Counted from the first letter of the stretch, positions 47,433 through 57,970 are shown. The stretch: DNA of 64,000 bases from Candidatus Nealsonbacteria bacterium (GCA_003560665.1 PWKK01000023.1:186040-250039), one strand, 5' to 3'. The notes: a model not told the origin generated them from the letters alone. A program made the numbers and translations.

Positions 47433-48977
47433 ATGAAAAAATTTGAGAGGGAATTTAATTTCTATGAGAATCAAAAGAACAGAGAAAAATCGAAGGATAC
47501 TTTTTTTAAAAAAACAGAGGAACAAAGAATCGCTCTTACTTTTGATGATGTACGGTTAAAGTCGGGATACTCCAAAGTGATGCCCGACGATGTTGATTTG
47601 GAGTCGAAGTTTTCTCGGAATATCGGACTTAAAATTCCGATTGTCAGTGCGGCGATGGATACAGTTACCGAGCATCAGATGGGCATCGGAATGGCACTGC
47701 TCGGAGGTCTTGGCGTGATTCACAAAAACATGAGCCCGGAAGAACAAGCAAGGAGGGTTTCTAAGGTAAAGTATTATCTCAACGGGCTTATCGACAAGCC
47801 CATTTGCGTAAGAAAAGAGCAGTCCATTGCAGAGATTCTTAAAATGAAAAAGGAGAAAGAGTATTCCTTTAACACTTTTCCGGTGATCGACAAGAAAGAC
47901 CGGTTGGTAGGGATTCTAAGCAAAAACGACTTTGATTTTTGTAAAAGTGGATCAATTAAGGCCGGAGAAGCAATGTCAAAAGAGGTTATTACCGCACCCA
48001 AGGGGACAAAGCTGGAAAAAGCGTACGAAGTTATGTTCGAAAACAAGAAAAAGACACTTCCCTTGGTAGACAAAGATAACAGGCTTGCCGGTATATATGT
48101 TTTTAAAGATGTCAAAAGAATAATGATGGAAAATCCCGGAGGTTATAATGTGGATGAAAACGGACAGCTCGTGGCGGCAGCAGCCATCGGAGTAAATGAT
48201 TTTGAAAGGTTGGAGTTACTTATAGAAAAAAAGATTAATGTAGTGGTGATAGATACCGCTCACGCGGATACAGAGTCGGTAGTGCAAAACCTAAAAGAGA
48301 TAAAGAAGAAATATAAGATAGATGTGGTAGTGGGTAATGTTTCCGAACCCGAATCAACAAAGCGCCTCATAAAAGCGGGCGCCGATGGAATTAAGGTGGG
48401 TCAGGGTCCCGGATCTATCTGCACTACAAGAGTGGTAGCTGGTATCGGCTCACCGCAAGTATCGGCTGTTTACAAGTGCTCAAAGATAGCTCAGGAATAC
48501 GGAGTTCCGGTTTGCGCCGATGGGGGATTGAAGTACTCTGGAGATATTCCTATTGCGCTTGGCGAGGGAGCACACTGTGTAATGATGGGAGGAATGCTTT
48601 CGGGGACAAAAGAAGCTCCGGGAGATGTTATATTTCGCGAAGGGCGTCAGTGGAAAATTTACCGGGGCATGGGTTCTGTTGGAGCCATGGAAGAACACAA
48701 AGGATCACGTGAAAGATACAGACAATCTTCTGGTAAAAAATCACTTGTAGCCGAAGGCGTAGAAGGGCTCAAACCCTACAAGGGTGGTTTGTCTCAAGTA
48801 ATGTTTCAGTATATTAACGGTCTTAGAAGAGGAATGGGTTATGTGGGAGCGGCAGATATCGCTGAGCTTCACCGGAAAGCTGATTTTGTAAGGATAAGTG
48901 GGGCGGGGAAGGCGGAGTCTCATCCGCACGATATTTTAATAACAAGAGAGCCACCAAACTACCCGATAGGTGATTGA
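47433..48977 (+). CDS. guaB: Inosine-5'-monophosphate dehydrogenase (with CBS pair)
   Basis: [40 protein letters not shown]. Confidence 0.96.
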   Translation: MKKFEREFNFYENQKNREKSKDTFFKKTEEQRIALTFDDVRLKSGYSKVMPDDVDLESKFSRNIGLKIPIVSAAMDTVTEHQMGIGMALLGGLGVIHKNMSPEEQARRVSKVKYYLNGLIDKPICVRKEQSIAEILKMKKEKEYSFNTFPVIDKKDRLVGILSKNDFDFCKSGSIKAGEAMSKEVITAPKGTKLEKAYEVMFENKKKTLPLVDKDNRLAGIYVFKDVKRIMMENPGGYNVDENGQLVAAAAIGVNDFERLELLIEKKINVVVIDTAHADTESVVQNLKEIKKKYKIDVVVGNVSEPESTKRLIKAGADGIKVGQGPGSICTTRVVAGIGSPQVSAVYKCSKIAQEYGVPVCADGGLKYSGDIPIALGEGAHCVMMGGMLSGTKEAPGDVIFREGRQWKIYRGMGSVGAMEEHKGSRERYRQSSGKKSLVAEGVEGLKPYKGGLSQVMFQYINGLRRGMGYVGAADIAELHRKADFVRISGAGKAESHPHDILITREPPNYPIGD

Positions 48978-49062
48978 GCATGACAAGACTTTTTGTGATC
49001 GCGGGTAGTTTAGCATTTTAGACAATCTATTTACAAAAAATATTCAAAGTATTTCCAAAAAG

Positions 49063-49800
49063 ATGCCAAAAGAACATATACTTACTTTGCTAAAAAAAGA
49101 AAGAATAGCTGATAATATTTACGGCTTTTGGTTTAAAAAAAACGGAGAAGAATTCGATTATATCCCCGGACAGTTTTTAGAGTGGGAGCTTTCTCATGAA
49201 AAACCGGATGACAGAGGGACAGAAAGATATTTTACCATCGCGTCTTCTCCTGAAGAAGAAAACATTTTGCTGGCAACTAAAATTGTTGAAGATTCAAGCA
49301 CGTTTAAAAAAGTCTTGAAAAATCTTCAAGTTGGCGATGAAATCAACGCAAATGGTCCTTACGGAGATTTTATACTCCCCGAGAACGAGAAAGATAAGCT
49401 TGTTTTTATCGCCGGAGGCATCGGTATCACTCCTTTCAGGAGTATGATTAAAAGTTTGCTAAAAAAAGGATTAAAGAGAAATATTATTCTTTTTTATGCG
49501 GTTAACTTTCCGGAAGAGATTGCTTTTGGAGATGTTTTTTTTGAAGCTAGCACAGAATTTAATTTAAATTGCATTTACACGATAAGTAAGGAAAATCATC
49601 TTCCAGAAGGGTGGTCGGGTGAAAAAGGATTTATAAGTAAAGAGATGATAGAAAGAAATGTAAGAGATTTTCGTAAACGTACTTTCTATGTTTCCGGACC
49701 GGAACCAATGGTAAACATTACAATTAATATGCTAAAGAAGATGGGTGTTAATAAGAAAAGGATTAAAAAAGACTATTTTCCGGGGTATGATAAAATATAA
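49063..49800 (+). CDS. FAD-dependent oxidoreductase, ferredoxin-NADP reductase family
   Basis: PGQF, RYFTIASSP, GPYGDF, FIAGGIGITPFRSM, YVSGPEPMV. Confidence 0.9.
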   Translation: MPKEHILTLLKKERIADNIYGFWFKKNGEEFDYIPGQFLEWELSHEKPDDRGTERYFTIASSPEEENILLATKIVEDSSTFKKVLKNLQVGDEINANGPYGDFILPENEKDKLVFIAGGIGITPFRSMIKSLLKKGLKRNIILFYAVNFPEEIAFGDVFFEASTEFNLNCIYTISKENHLPEGWSGEKGFISKEMIERNVRDFRKRTFYVSGPEPMVNITINMLKKMGVNKKRIKKDYFPGYDKI

Positions 49801-49804
49801 AAAA

Positions 49805-50044
49805 ATGAATATGCATTTATTTAAAAAAATTCTTAGAAAAACAATTTCTGTTTTTTGCATTTGTGGTCGGTGCCCAAGTTATCCGAAAAAGAAAGAACCG
49901 AAAACTTATTGCGAGTTTGGAAAAAGTGAATTTGATGTAAAAAAGAGGGGCTGCGTTTGTCCTGAGTGTTTTGTTTGGAAAATTAATCGGTTTAAAGATT
50001 ATTACTATTGCGAAAAAGGGAAGGATCCAAGGTCAAAGATTTGA
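49805..50044 (+). CDS. Small Cys-rich protein (DUF2769-like)
   Basis: CICGRCPSY...YCEFGKS...GCVCPECFV...YYYCEKG. Confidence 0.75.
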   Translation: MNMHLFKKILRKTISVFCICGRCPSYPKKKEPKTYCEFGKSEFDVKKRGCVCPECFVWKINRFKDYYYCEKGKDPRSKI

Positions 50045-50115
50045 TGGTTTACTTGGTAAATAATTAATTTTAAAGTTAAATAGATGATGAAAAGAGCACA
50101 GACACAAACATTTGG

Positions 50116-50265
50116 ATTATTCATCCTTTAGCGGTGGTTCTTGTTTTTTCAAGAACTGGTGTAGATAATGATTTGGTTTTTGCTGAGATAAATAATTAAA
50201 GATAGTATTAAAGAAAAGAAAGTGATTTACGAGATGCTAGAGGAAAGGTTTGTAAAAAAGAGTTA
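50116..50265 (+). pseudogene. Frameshifted remnant of an HD-domain (SpoT/Mesh1-like) hydrolase
   Basis: IIHPLAVVLVFSRTGVDNDLVFA, then in another frame IKDSIKEKKVIYEMLEERF; the HD motif itself is lost. Confidence 0.45.
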
Positions 50266-50286
50266 TTTTGAAAATCAAAAAATAAT

Positions 50287-50805
50287 TTGATGACAAAAAA
50301 GTCAGTTAAAGTTAATGACAAGATGCAAAAGGATTATGTCTATGAACTCTCCGAAAAGAAAGGAAGTAATTTTCATGCGGATTTCAATCCGGAGTTAAAG
50401 CCAAAGGAGATGCTGAGACTCGGCGTGTTTGGTGGGGTGTATATGAGGGACTGTAAAGAAGAGTTTCCCGAGGAATGGTTTAAAAACGCTAAATTTCAGA
50501 AAGAGGAGAGTTATAAGCATGAAGGTAGTTTAAACTTTTTCGGCGTAAACGCCAGTCAACCACTTTCTGTTTGGAGAGAGAAAGGATGGATTTACAAAGA
50601 TGATCCGAGGGGGTGGTTTCAGTGGTACTGCAGGTATTACATGGGAAGACGTCACAAAGAAGATTTAAAGCAGATAAGTAGATGGAAAAAGATGAAAAGG
50701 CACGTTGGCCAAGTCAAAAAAAACTGCAAAAGAAAAGATTTAACCTGTAGAAGAAGACAAAGACAGACGCTTTTGCACTGGGCATATGACAGCAGGAAGA
50801 TTTAA
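50287..50805 (+). CDS. Conserved hypothetical protein
   Basis: PKEMLRLGVFGG, NFFGVNASQPLSVW, DPRGWFQWYCRYYMGRR, RQRQTLLHWAYD; family of unknown function. Confidence 0.8.
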   Translation: MMTKKSVKVNDKMQKDYVYELSEKKGSNFHADFNPELKPKEMLRLGVFGGVYMRDCKEEFPEEWFKNAKFQKEESYKHEGSLNFFGVNASQPLSVWREKGWIYKDDPRGWFQWYCRYYMGRRHKEDLKQISRWKKMKRHVGQVKKNCKRKDLTCRRRQRQTLLHWAYDSRKI

Positions 50806-50874
50806 TTTAAACAAAATAATAAAAAGAGAAAAGTTTATACTAAAGCCCTTTTTTTTATTAGCTTAATTTTGGAT

Positions 50875-52134
50875 ATGCAAAAAAATATTTTAATTGTCAC
50901 TGCATTGATTATTCTTTCTACCGGAGGATTCTTGACTTGGCATCTTTGGCCGAACGGGGAAGCGGTTGATATCGAGAAGGAGATAGAGAAAACAGATGAA
51001 AAGAAAGTAGAAGAGGTGATAGTCGAGGAAAGTGAAGAACAGGAGGAGGGTAAGGGTGATGAAAACGATAAAAAAAAGAGTGAGAAAGGAGTTGCTTTTC
51101 AAGGGAGTGTTTCTTCTACGGAAGATTTGCCAAATCAGATAGTTGATTGTCTTTACGAGACGAGTGGAGTGCCCTCTCCAAAAAGCGTTGCATTCAATCT
51201 CAAGGGTGAAGAGTACTGGGTAACGTCACTAATGAATAAATCGCGTGGGGTTGTGGTTTTTGATACAGAAACCGGAGAGCACAAAAAAGACATTGTTCTA
51301 CCCGGAGGGGGAGGAGTGGAGGTAATTTTCGGTAGTGATGGGGGTAGTGTTTATGTCAGTCAAATGGAGACAGGAAGAGTTTATGAGATAGACTCCAAAA
51401 CAAAAGAAATTACGAGAACACTTGAAACGCAAAGTGCTTGGACAAAGGTTGTAGCAATCTCTGAAGATGAAAAAACGCTTTTTGCTTCTAACTGGTCGGG
51501 GAACAGTGTGTCCGTCATCGATCTTGAAAAGGGGAAGCTTTCTAAAAACATTCAAACAGTAACAAATCCGAGAGGGATTTACCCGACAAAAAATGGAAGA
51601 TACCTTTATGTTGCAGGATTTAAAAACGGAGAGATTGAGAAAATAAATCTTGAAACTACAGAGAGCAACATTATCTATAGAAATGAAGGAGCTATGCGTC
51701 ACATTGTTGCCGACGAAGAAAAAGGAGTACTCTATTTCTCTGATATGGCAAACGGAAAAATATACAGAGTTTATCTAGAAGACGACAAAGTTGAACAATT
51801 TGTTAAAACAGAAAGAAACCCAAATACCATTGCCCTTACAGATGGTGGAAGGGTTTTGGTGGTTTCAAATAGAGGAGTTAACAACCCGGAAAGCTATTAT
51901 ATCCCGGGCCCAGAGTGGGGAACGTTAATGTTCTTTAACACCGCTACGGGGGATATATTGGATGTAGTTGTTGGCGGAAACCAACCAACGGCAGTTGATA
52001 TTTATAACAACAAATTGGTTTATTCAAATTTTCTGGATGGTAGTGTTGTTCTTTGTAAAATACCTGATTATGAAGAGTTTTTGAAAGGTGATGGAGGCAC
52101 ACGGGATGTTTATCGCGATTATATAAGAAAATGA
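50875..52134 (+). CDS. Membrane-anchored YncE/YVTN-type beta-propeller protein
   Basis: N-terminal TM, acidic linker, repeats such as LFASNWSGNSVSVID and NPRGIYPTKNGRYLYVA. Confidence 0.85.
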   Translation: MQKNILIVTALIILSTGGFLTWHLWPNGEAVDIEKEIEKTDEKKVEEVIVEESEEQEEGKGDENDKKKSEKGVAFQGSVSSTEDLPNQIVDCLYETSGVPSPKSVAFNLKGEEYWVTSLMNKSRGVVVFDTETGEHKKDIVLPGGGGVEVIFGSDGGSVYVSQMETGRVYEIDSKTKEITRTLETQSAWTKVVAISEDEKTLFASNWSGNSVSVIDLEKGKLSKNIQTVTNPRGIYPTKNGRYLYVAGFKNGEIEKINLETTESNIIYRNEGAMRHIVADEEKGVLYFSDMANGKIYRVYLEDDKVEQFVKTERNPNTIALTDGGRVLVVSNRGVNNPESYYIPGPEWGTLMFFNTATGDILDVVVGGNQPTAVDIYNNKLVYSNFLDGSVVLCKIPDYEEFLKGDGGTRDVYRDYIRK

Positions 52135-52155
52135 ATGATGATTTTCAAGTAAAAG

Positions 52156-52266
52156 ATGAATAAAAGTTTATCTAAAAAAATTCTTAGAAAAATAATTTCT
52201 ATCTTTTGTGTTTGTAACCGGTGCCCGAGCTATCCAAAAGAGAAAGACCCGAAATCAAAGATTTAG
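52156..52266 (+). pseudogene. Internally deleted paralog of 49805..50044
   Basis: MNKSLSKKILRKIISIFCVCNRCPSYPKEKDPKSKI* joins the N-terminus and the last residues of the DUF2769-like gene. Confidence 0.7.
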
Positions 52267-52309
52267 TCAACGGAACTTTCAGAAAAAAAGCCCGCTATTT
52301 AAAGCGGAG

Positions 52310-52666
52310 CTATTGAAGATCGGGAAAGTGTTTTTCGAGAAGAAACTCTAATTTTTGAACCGAGTGTTTTCTGCTTTTTTTTGAAGAGTTAAGAACCCAT
52401 TCCGCGTTTTCTTCGATATAACGTTTTTTTAGATCTTTTCGTCCTCGGGACCTTGTTTTCCCTAAAGTAACAGCTATACCGGCCAAAGAGACAACCACTC
52501 GCACCGACTCTTTTTCAATGTCTTTTTTCAAAAGAAGCTTCTGTATTTCTATTCCTACAAGCTGTGCTTCAATTGAACTTGCCGACCAGTAATTTTCTAC
52601 ATATTCCCTAAAAGTGTCATTGTAATTTTCTTTCCCGTTGGTTTTTTTTAAAAGATCTGTAAACAA
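52310..52666 (-). CDS. Hypothetical protein
   Basis: On the minus strand TACAAT then GGAGGG SD 6 nt before TTG (52666); hairpin at about 52283-52311. Confidence 0.6.
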   Translation of the reverse strand: MFTDLLKKTNGKENYNDTFREYVENYWSASSIEAQLVGIEIQKLLLKKDIEKESVRVVVSLAGIAVTLGKTRSRGRKDLKKRYIEENAEWVLNSSKKSRKHSVQKLEFLLEKHFPDLQ

Positions 52667-52769
52667 CTTTATCCCTCCCAACGGAATTGTAAAGGAAAAA
52701 ATAAAAAAAGCAACATTTGGCAGAGAAGTTGTTTTTTGTTAAAATGGAAAAAAATTAATCAGAAAAATT

Positions 52770-53564
52770 ATGAAAAGGGAAGTTGCAAAAGTTAAAGTGG
52801 AGAACAGTCTAAGTTATGCAGTGAGGTTGTCAGTACAAAAACTTGGTGGATGGAAAAAGTTTACAAAAGAAGGAGAAAAAGTGCTCTTAAAGCCAAATTT
52901 TAATACAGACGATAGCTATCCGGGATCTACCGACATAGATTTTTTAAGGGAAGTTATAACACAAACTCTCACCACAAATCCAAAGGAGATAGTAATAGGA
53001 GAGTCATCTACTATTTTTAAAGCCGCAAACACGGAAGATTTTTTAAGGGAAAAAGGGGTTTATGATCTTGAAAAACTGGATGAAAGGGTGAGAGTGGTAA
53101 ATTTCGATAAAGGAAAGTGGATTAAAAAACAAATACCGGGAGGGAGATATCTTAAGCACGCCAGTGTTCCGGAGATTTTGGAGGAAGTGGATAAAATAAT
53201 ATTTTTACCCTGCCTTAAAACTCACTGCTTGGCACAGTATACGGGAGCACTTAAGCTTTCGGTGGGCATGATGAAGCCGGGAGAAAGAATAAAACTACAT
53301 GCAGCACATATTCAAGAAAAGATAGCAGAATTAAATATTTTGTTTAAACCGGTTTTAAGCATTATGGACGCTAGGGTTTGTTTTATTGACAAAGGGCCAA
53401 TGAGTGGTCCGCGCAGAAACCCCGGAGCTGTTCTTGCCTCCAGAGACAGAACAAAACTAGACACTGAGGGAGTAAAAACTATTCAGAAATACAAAGGAAA
53501 CTCCTTAACTGGAATTATTCCCGAAGAACTTCCTCAGATAAAACATGCCCTAAAAGTGCTCTAA
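52770..53564 (+). CDS. DUF362-domain protein
   Basis: VLLKPN, IVIGESS, LPCLKTH, TGALKLSVG, IMDAR. Confidence 0.88.
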   Translation: MKREVAKVKVENSLSYAVRLSVQKLGGWKKFTKEGEKVLLKPNFNTDDSYPGSTDIDFLREVITQTLTTNPKEIVIGESSTIFKAANTEDFLREKGVYDLEKLDERVRVVNFDKGKWIKKQIPGGRYLKHASVPEILEEVDKIIFLPCLKTHCLAQYTGALKLSVGMMKPGERIKLHAAHIQEKIAELNILFKPVLSIMDARVCFIDKGPMSGPRRNPGAVLASRDRTKLDTEGVKTIQKYKGNSLTGIIPEELPQIKHALKVL

Positions 53565-53584
53565 AAAGAGAATACGTTTTAAAA

Positions 53585-54202
53585 ATGAGAAAAGAAGAAA
53601 AAATAACAATGGTGATTAGAAGAGAAAAACTTTTCAAGGATGATTACTTTGAGGGTTTTATGGAAACAGACAAGGTCGATTTTCAGAAAAGAATTCTAAA
53701 TAATTTTGAATATATCAAAAGAAAAGACGCTGAGAATAATCCGAACTACAAGCAGCCTATCGGTTATGCTGTTTTGATAAATAAGGAAAGCAGAAAGATT
53801 TTTGTTTTTAAAAGAGCCGTTAAGAACGAAGATCTCACGGAGAAAAGATTACAGGGAAAATGGTCATTGGGCGTAGGTGGACATATTGACGAGGACGACA
53901 GTCAAGAAGAAAACCCGATTAAGGAAAGTCTCTTGCGAGAAATAATGGAGGAAGTGAGGTTGACGGGAAGCGTGGAAGAAGCAAGTGTCCTTGGCTATAT
54001 CAACGACGAGGCAAACAGTGTTGGAGAGGTTCATTTCGGAATACTTTATTTAGTTGAAGTCTCGGGAAATGTTTTTCCGAAATCTCGGGAGATGTCTCAA
54101 GGGTCAATGAGAAAGATAGAAGAGGTAAAAAATAACCTTGCAGAGCAAAACACGGAGGGCTGGTCAAGAATATGTCTCACACTACTGGAAAAAATAATTT
54201 AA
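53585..54202 (+). CDS. NUDIX-like phosphoesterase (YmaB-like)
   Basis: AENNPNYKQPIGY, EKRLQGKWSLGVGGHI, REIMEE, GYINDE..SVGEVHFG. Confidence 0.85.
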   Translation: MRKEEKITMVIRREKLFKDDYFEGFMETDKVDFQKRILNNFEYIKRKDAENNPNYKQPIGYAVLINKESRKIFVFKRAVKNEDLTEKRLQGKWSLGVGGHIDEDDSQEENPIKESLLREIMEEVRLTGSVEEASVLGYINDEANSVGEVHFGILYLVEVSGNVFPKSREMSQGSMRKIEEVKNNLAEQNTEGWSRICLTLLEKII

Positions 54203-54244
54203 TAATGTATACTGGATATATATTATAAATTTAAAAAAAGAATT

Positions 54245-54820
54245 ATGAGAAGAACAATCGAAAATTTATCAAAAGCGTTTATCGGAGAAAGTCAGGCGAG
54301 AAATCGCTACAGCTTCTATTCCAAAGTTGCCAAAAAAGAAGGATATGAGAAGATAGCCGAAGTTTTTAATACGACGGCCGAACAGGAAAAACAACATGCC
54401 AAGTGGCTTATGAGAATGATTAACGAAATGAAAGAAGACGGACTCGAGCAGATTACCGTTGGAGCGGAGGTTCCTCTTACTTTCGGAACAACGGAAGATA
54501 ATCTGAGGGCCGCTATTGCGGGAGAAAATTTCGAGCATACAAAAATGTATCCTAAGTTTGCAAAGATTGCAAAAGAGGAGGGTTTTCCGGAAGTAGCCCA
54601 AAGATTAGAGAATATCGCCAAGGCTGAGGAACACCATGAAGAAAGGTACAGTAAGATCCTAAAAGAGGTCGAGAAGGGAAGTGTTTTTAAGAAAGAGAGC
54701 GAGGTTTGGTGGGTCTGTCGAGAGTGTGGATATCATTTTCTTGGTACTGAGCCACCGGAAGTTTGTCCTTCCTGCGACCACCCCAGAAGTTATTATGAAC
54801 TAAAGTGTGAAGAATATTAA
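54245..54820 (+). CDS. rbr: Rubrerythrin
   Basis: [28 protein letters not shown], rubredoxin-like CRECG...CPSCDHP. Confidence 0.95.
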   Translation: MRRTIENLSKAFIGESQARNRYSFYSKVAKKEGYEKIAEVFNTTAEQEKQHAKWLMRMINEMKEDGLEQITVGAEVPLTFGTTEDNLRAAIAGENFEHTKMYPKFAKIAKEEGFPEVAQRLENIAKAEEHHEERYSKILKEVEKGSVFKKESEVWWVCRECGYHFLGTEPPEVCPSCDHPRSYYELKCEEY

Positions 54821-54908
54821 AACAAAAGAAAGAAAAGAGAAAACGTCACGAAACTATTTCGTGACGTTTTTATTTGAGTTTTTTTAGAGGAAAAGCTAAT
54901 TTAAGATT

Positions 54909-55571
54909 ATGAAGAAGATGTGGCCAAAGCGAATTAATAAATATTTAAGGGACAAAGGGCATGGCTCACGTCGTGAGACAGATGAGCTTGTAAATAAAGG
55001 ATTTGTCCGTGTTAATGGTACTGTTGCTGACACTGGCTACATGATAAAAAAAGGTGATGTCGTCGAAGTTAAAAAACAAAACAAGGAATATAAGTATTTT
55101 GCTTACTACAAACCACGAGGAATTTCGACCCAGGATTTACCAGGGAAAGAGAGCGTTATTACTAAATTTAAGGATAAAGGAGTTTATCCGGTGGGAAGAC
55201 TGGATAAAGAGTCTGAAGGGCTACTGATACTTACCAACGATGGAAGATTTGCAAGGAAGGTTTTATCAAAGAAAAAAGAGTACGAGAAAGAATACACGGT
55301 TACCGTTAGAGAAAAAATAAACCCCAAAGTCGTGGAAATTTTTCAATCAGGAATAAAAACAAGAACGCTGGGAAAACTTTTGCCCGTCAAAACACAGGTT
55401 ACCAATAACAACAAGTTGAAGATGGTCCTTAACGAAGGAAAGAAACACCAGATAAGAGTGATGCTCAACGAGCTATCTTACACGGTCACCTCTTTAAAAA
55501 GAACTCGTATTGGCGATATTAAACTGAAAGGAGTTAAGCCGGGTGAATTAAAAGAAATTAAAATAAGTTAG
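54909..55571 (+). CDS. rRNA pseudouridine synthase (RsuA/RluB/RluF family)
   Basis: S4-like N-terminus, VGRLDKESEGLLILTNDG, EGKKHQIR. Confidence 0.93.
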   Translation: MKKMWPKRINKYLRDKGHGSRRETDELVNKGFVRVNGTVADTGYMIKKGDVVEVKKQNKEYKYFAYYKPRGISTQDLPGKESVITKFKDKGVYPVGRLDKESEGLLILTNDGRFARKVLSKKKEYEKEYTVTVREKINPKVVEIFQSGIKTRTLGKLLPVKTQVTNNNKLKMVLNEGKKHQIRVMLNELSYTVTSLKRTRIGDIKLKGVKPGELKEIKIS

Positions 55572-55582
55572 GTTTAAAGAAA

Positions 55583-56209
55583 ATGAAGTTAGAAATACTT
55601 TTAGCTACAAACAACCAAGGTAAAGCAGCGCGTTACAGAAAACTTGCAAAAGAAATCGATGAAAGGATTTCTTTATACATGCCGAATGATTTGAATATGG
55701 TTCCCGAAGAGGTTAAAGAAGACGGCACACTGGAAGAAAATGCAAAAAAGAAAGCAGAAGCTTATTTGGGAAAAACAAAAATGCCCATACTTGCCAATGA
55801 TGCAGGTTTCGAGGTGGAAGGAATGGGTCTTGTTAAAAATCCGAAAAGAATTGCACTCGACAGAGATGAAAATAGTCTGACAAAAGAGAAGATATATGAT
55901 AAGGTTCTTCATTATTGGAAGAATGTTGCAAAAAGTTACGGGGGAGAGGTTGATGCGGCTTGGGTGGACGCCTTTTCACTAGTTTTGCCCGATGGAAGTT
56001 CTTATACTGTAGGAGCGAGAAGAGAAATTATTCTCACCGACAAGAATTTTGGAAAATCACATATCCAGTTCCCAATACGTGCGCTATACATATCAAAGGC
56101 AACCGATAAGCCGGCAGTGGATCATACAAACAAAGAAGAGCTGATTGAGATTCTCCCGATTAAAGAGGCTTTGGAAAATATTTTCAAGAAAGTGAAAAAT
56201 AGTATTTAA
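55583..56209 (+). CDS. Ham1/ITPase-fold non-canonical NTP pyrophosphatase (divergent)
   Basis: ILLATNNQGK, EDGTLEENAKKKA, LANDAG; the C-terminal SHR motif is not evident. Confidence 0.7.
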   Translation: MKLEILLATNNQGKAARYRKLAKEIDERISLYMPNDLNMVPEEVKEDGTLEENAKKKAEAYLGKTKMPILANDAGFEVEGMGLVKNPKRIALDRDENSLTKEKIYDKVLHYWKNVAKSYGGEVDAAWVDAFSLVLPDGSSYTVGARREIILTDKNFGKSHIQFPIRALYISKATDKPAVDHTNKEELIEILPIKEALENIFKKVKNSI

Positions 56210-56235
56210 AAAAAAGCATTGTTATAAAAAGCAAA

Positions 56236-56763
56236 ATGATTGTTTTGATCTCCGGAGGATCCGGTTCAGGTAAGTCCACGTTGGCTAAAAAATTTATCGG
56301 GACAGTGGTTTCCACTGATGATTTTTATATCGGTAAAAGCGAGATGATTCCCGATAAGAATGGCGAGTATAATTTTGATCACCCCAGCTCGGCTGACCTT
56401 AAGAGTTGCTCTGAGGCAGTAAAAGCACTAAATAAGGGAAAGATGGTAGAAGTTCCCGATTACGATATGAGTACCTCAGCGCGTGTAGGAGTCAAGGAAA
56501 TTGCCCCTTCCGAATCGGGAATAGTTGTGGTTGAAGGAATTTTTGCACTTCACAGTCCTCTTCGGGAGATTGGAGATTTGTTAGTTTTCATCGACACACC
56601 GATGGACTTGAGAGTGGCGAGGAGAATTAAGCGTGACTTGGGGCGGGGTCGTTTGGAGATAGAGTCGCTTAAACGTGCCATTCAAGTTGAAGAAGAATAT
56701 AAGAAGAACATTGAACCGATGCGCAAGTATGCAAATGTTATTCTGGGTCATGAAAAGTGGTAA
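56236..56763 (+). CDS. udk: Uridine kinase family protein
   Basis: ISGGSGSGKST, DDFY, NFDHP, VEGIFAL, RVARRIKRD. Confidence 0.85.
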   Translation: MIVLISGGSGSGKSTLAKKFIGTVVSTDDFYIGKSEMIPDKNGEYNFDHPSSADLKSCSEAVKALNKGKMVEVPDYDMSTSARVGVKEIAPSESGIVVVEGIFALHSPLREIGDLLVFIDTPMDLRVARRIKRDLGRGRLEIESLKRAIQVEEEYKKNIEPMRKYANVILGHEKW

Positions 56764-56813
56764 GATTTACTGCCTACCCTTAGCTTTGTATTTAAGAATA
56801 TAGAAAAATTAAA

Positions 56814-57209
56814 ATGCGGGGAAAAATAATTATTACTACAAAAGAAAGATACGAGCTCACGGATATAACCTCGGAGGTGGAAGAGATTGTTAAAAATAAT
56901 AATTTGGAAAACGGAATCATTACGGTTTTTGTGCCTCATTCTACAGCCGCTATTCTTTTAACCGAAAACGAAGAAGGATTAAAAAAAGATTGGATTGATT
57001 TTTTTAAAAATCTAGTTGCCGGAAAAAATTTTTTGCACGATAGAATAGATAACAACGCCGATTCACATCTTCTTTCCGGGCTTTTAGGGCAGGGAAAGGT
57101 TTTGCCCGTAAAGAATAAGAAGATTGTTCGGGGAACGTGGCAGAACATTTTTCTGGCGGAGTTTGACGGACCTCGTGAGAGAAGTGTGGAAGTAGTCGTT
57201 ATCTCTTGA
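56814..57209 (+). CDS. YjbQ/UPF0047 family protein
   Basis: DIT, VPHSTAA, HD...NADSH, GTWQNIFLAEFDGPR. Confidence 0.92.
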   Translation: MRGKIIITTKERYELTDITSEVEEIVKNNNLENGIITVFVPHSTAAILLTENEEGLKKDWIDFFKNLVAGKNFLHDRIDNNADSHLLSGLLGQGKVLPVKNKKIVRGTWQNIFLAEFDGPRERSVEVVVIS

Positions 57210-57243
57210 TGGAGTTCTTTCTGTTTGCTACAATGAAAAAGTC

Positions 57244-57966
57244 ATGGCAAGCGGTAAAGGAAAAAGAAATATTTGGTTTTTAATGGGAACTTCTTTCTTA
57301 CTGTTTCTTGTTTTATTTATAATTTTTTGGTCTATGAGTGAAATTGAAACAAAAAAAGAGAAAATAAACGGCGAGGAGACGTCTCTTCTAAAGGAGGAAG
57401 GGGAAACCTCACTAAAAGAAGTCTTAGAAGAGAGAAGAAGTGTGAGAGAGTACAAAGCTGAAGCAATCTCCTTGAGAGAAGTTTCAGCGGTAGTATGGGC
57501 TGCGCAAGGGATTACCGAAAAGGAAAGGGGATTTAGAGTTGCTCCCTCTGCGGGCGCTACTTATCCCTTGGAAGTATATTTGGTTGCCGGCGATGTGGAA
57601 GACTTGGACTCGGGAGTTTACCGTTTTCTTCCGGAGAGAGAAACCATTAAAAAAGTTTTGGAGGGTGAAAAGCGAGATGAGTTGTCTCAAGCTGCTCTGG
57701 GACAAAGATCGATTAAAGAAGCTCCAGCAAGCATTGTAATTACTGCTGTTTATGAAAGAACTACCACGCGTTACGGAGAAAGAGGAGTGAGGTACGTGCA
57801 CATGGAAGCGGGGCACGTGGGCCAGAATATATATCTTCAGTGTGAGTCTTTGGGGCTTGGTACCGTTGCGATTGGAGCTTTCGACGATAAAGATGTGCAA
57901 AAAGTTCTCCATCTTCCTTCAGAGGAGGTGCCCCTTTACATCTTTCCCTTGGGTAAAAAACCTTAA
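57244..57966 (+). CDS. SagB/ThcOx-family nitroreductase-like dehydrogenase with an N-terminal TM
   Basis: RRSVREY, WAAQG, RVAPSAGATYP, MEAGHVGQNIYL, IGAFDD. Confidence 0.9.
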   Translation: MASGKGKRNIWFLMGTSFLLFLVLFIIFWSMSEIETKKEKINGEETSLLKEEGETSLKEVLEERRSVREYKAEAISLREVSAVVWAAQGITEKERGFRVAPSAGATYPLEVYLVAGDVEDLDSGVYRFLPERETIKKVLEGEKRDELSQAALGQRSIKEAPASIVITAVYERTTTRYGERGVRYVHMEAGHVGQNIYLQCESLGLGTVAIGAFDDKDVQKVLHLPSEEVPLYIFPLGKKP

Positions 57967-57970
57967 AACA

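Noticed and set aside
57244..57966. RiPP (thiazole/oxazole) biosynthetic cluster around the SagB-like gene
   Set aside because: No YcaO cyclodehydratase, precursor peptide or transporter nearby; stand-alone SagB-like nitroreductases are common.
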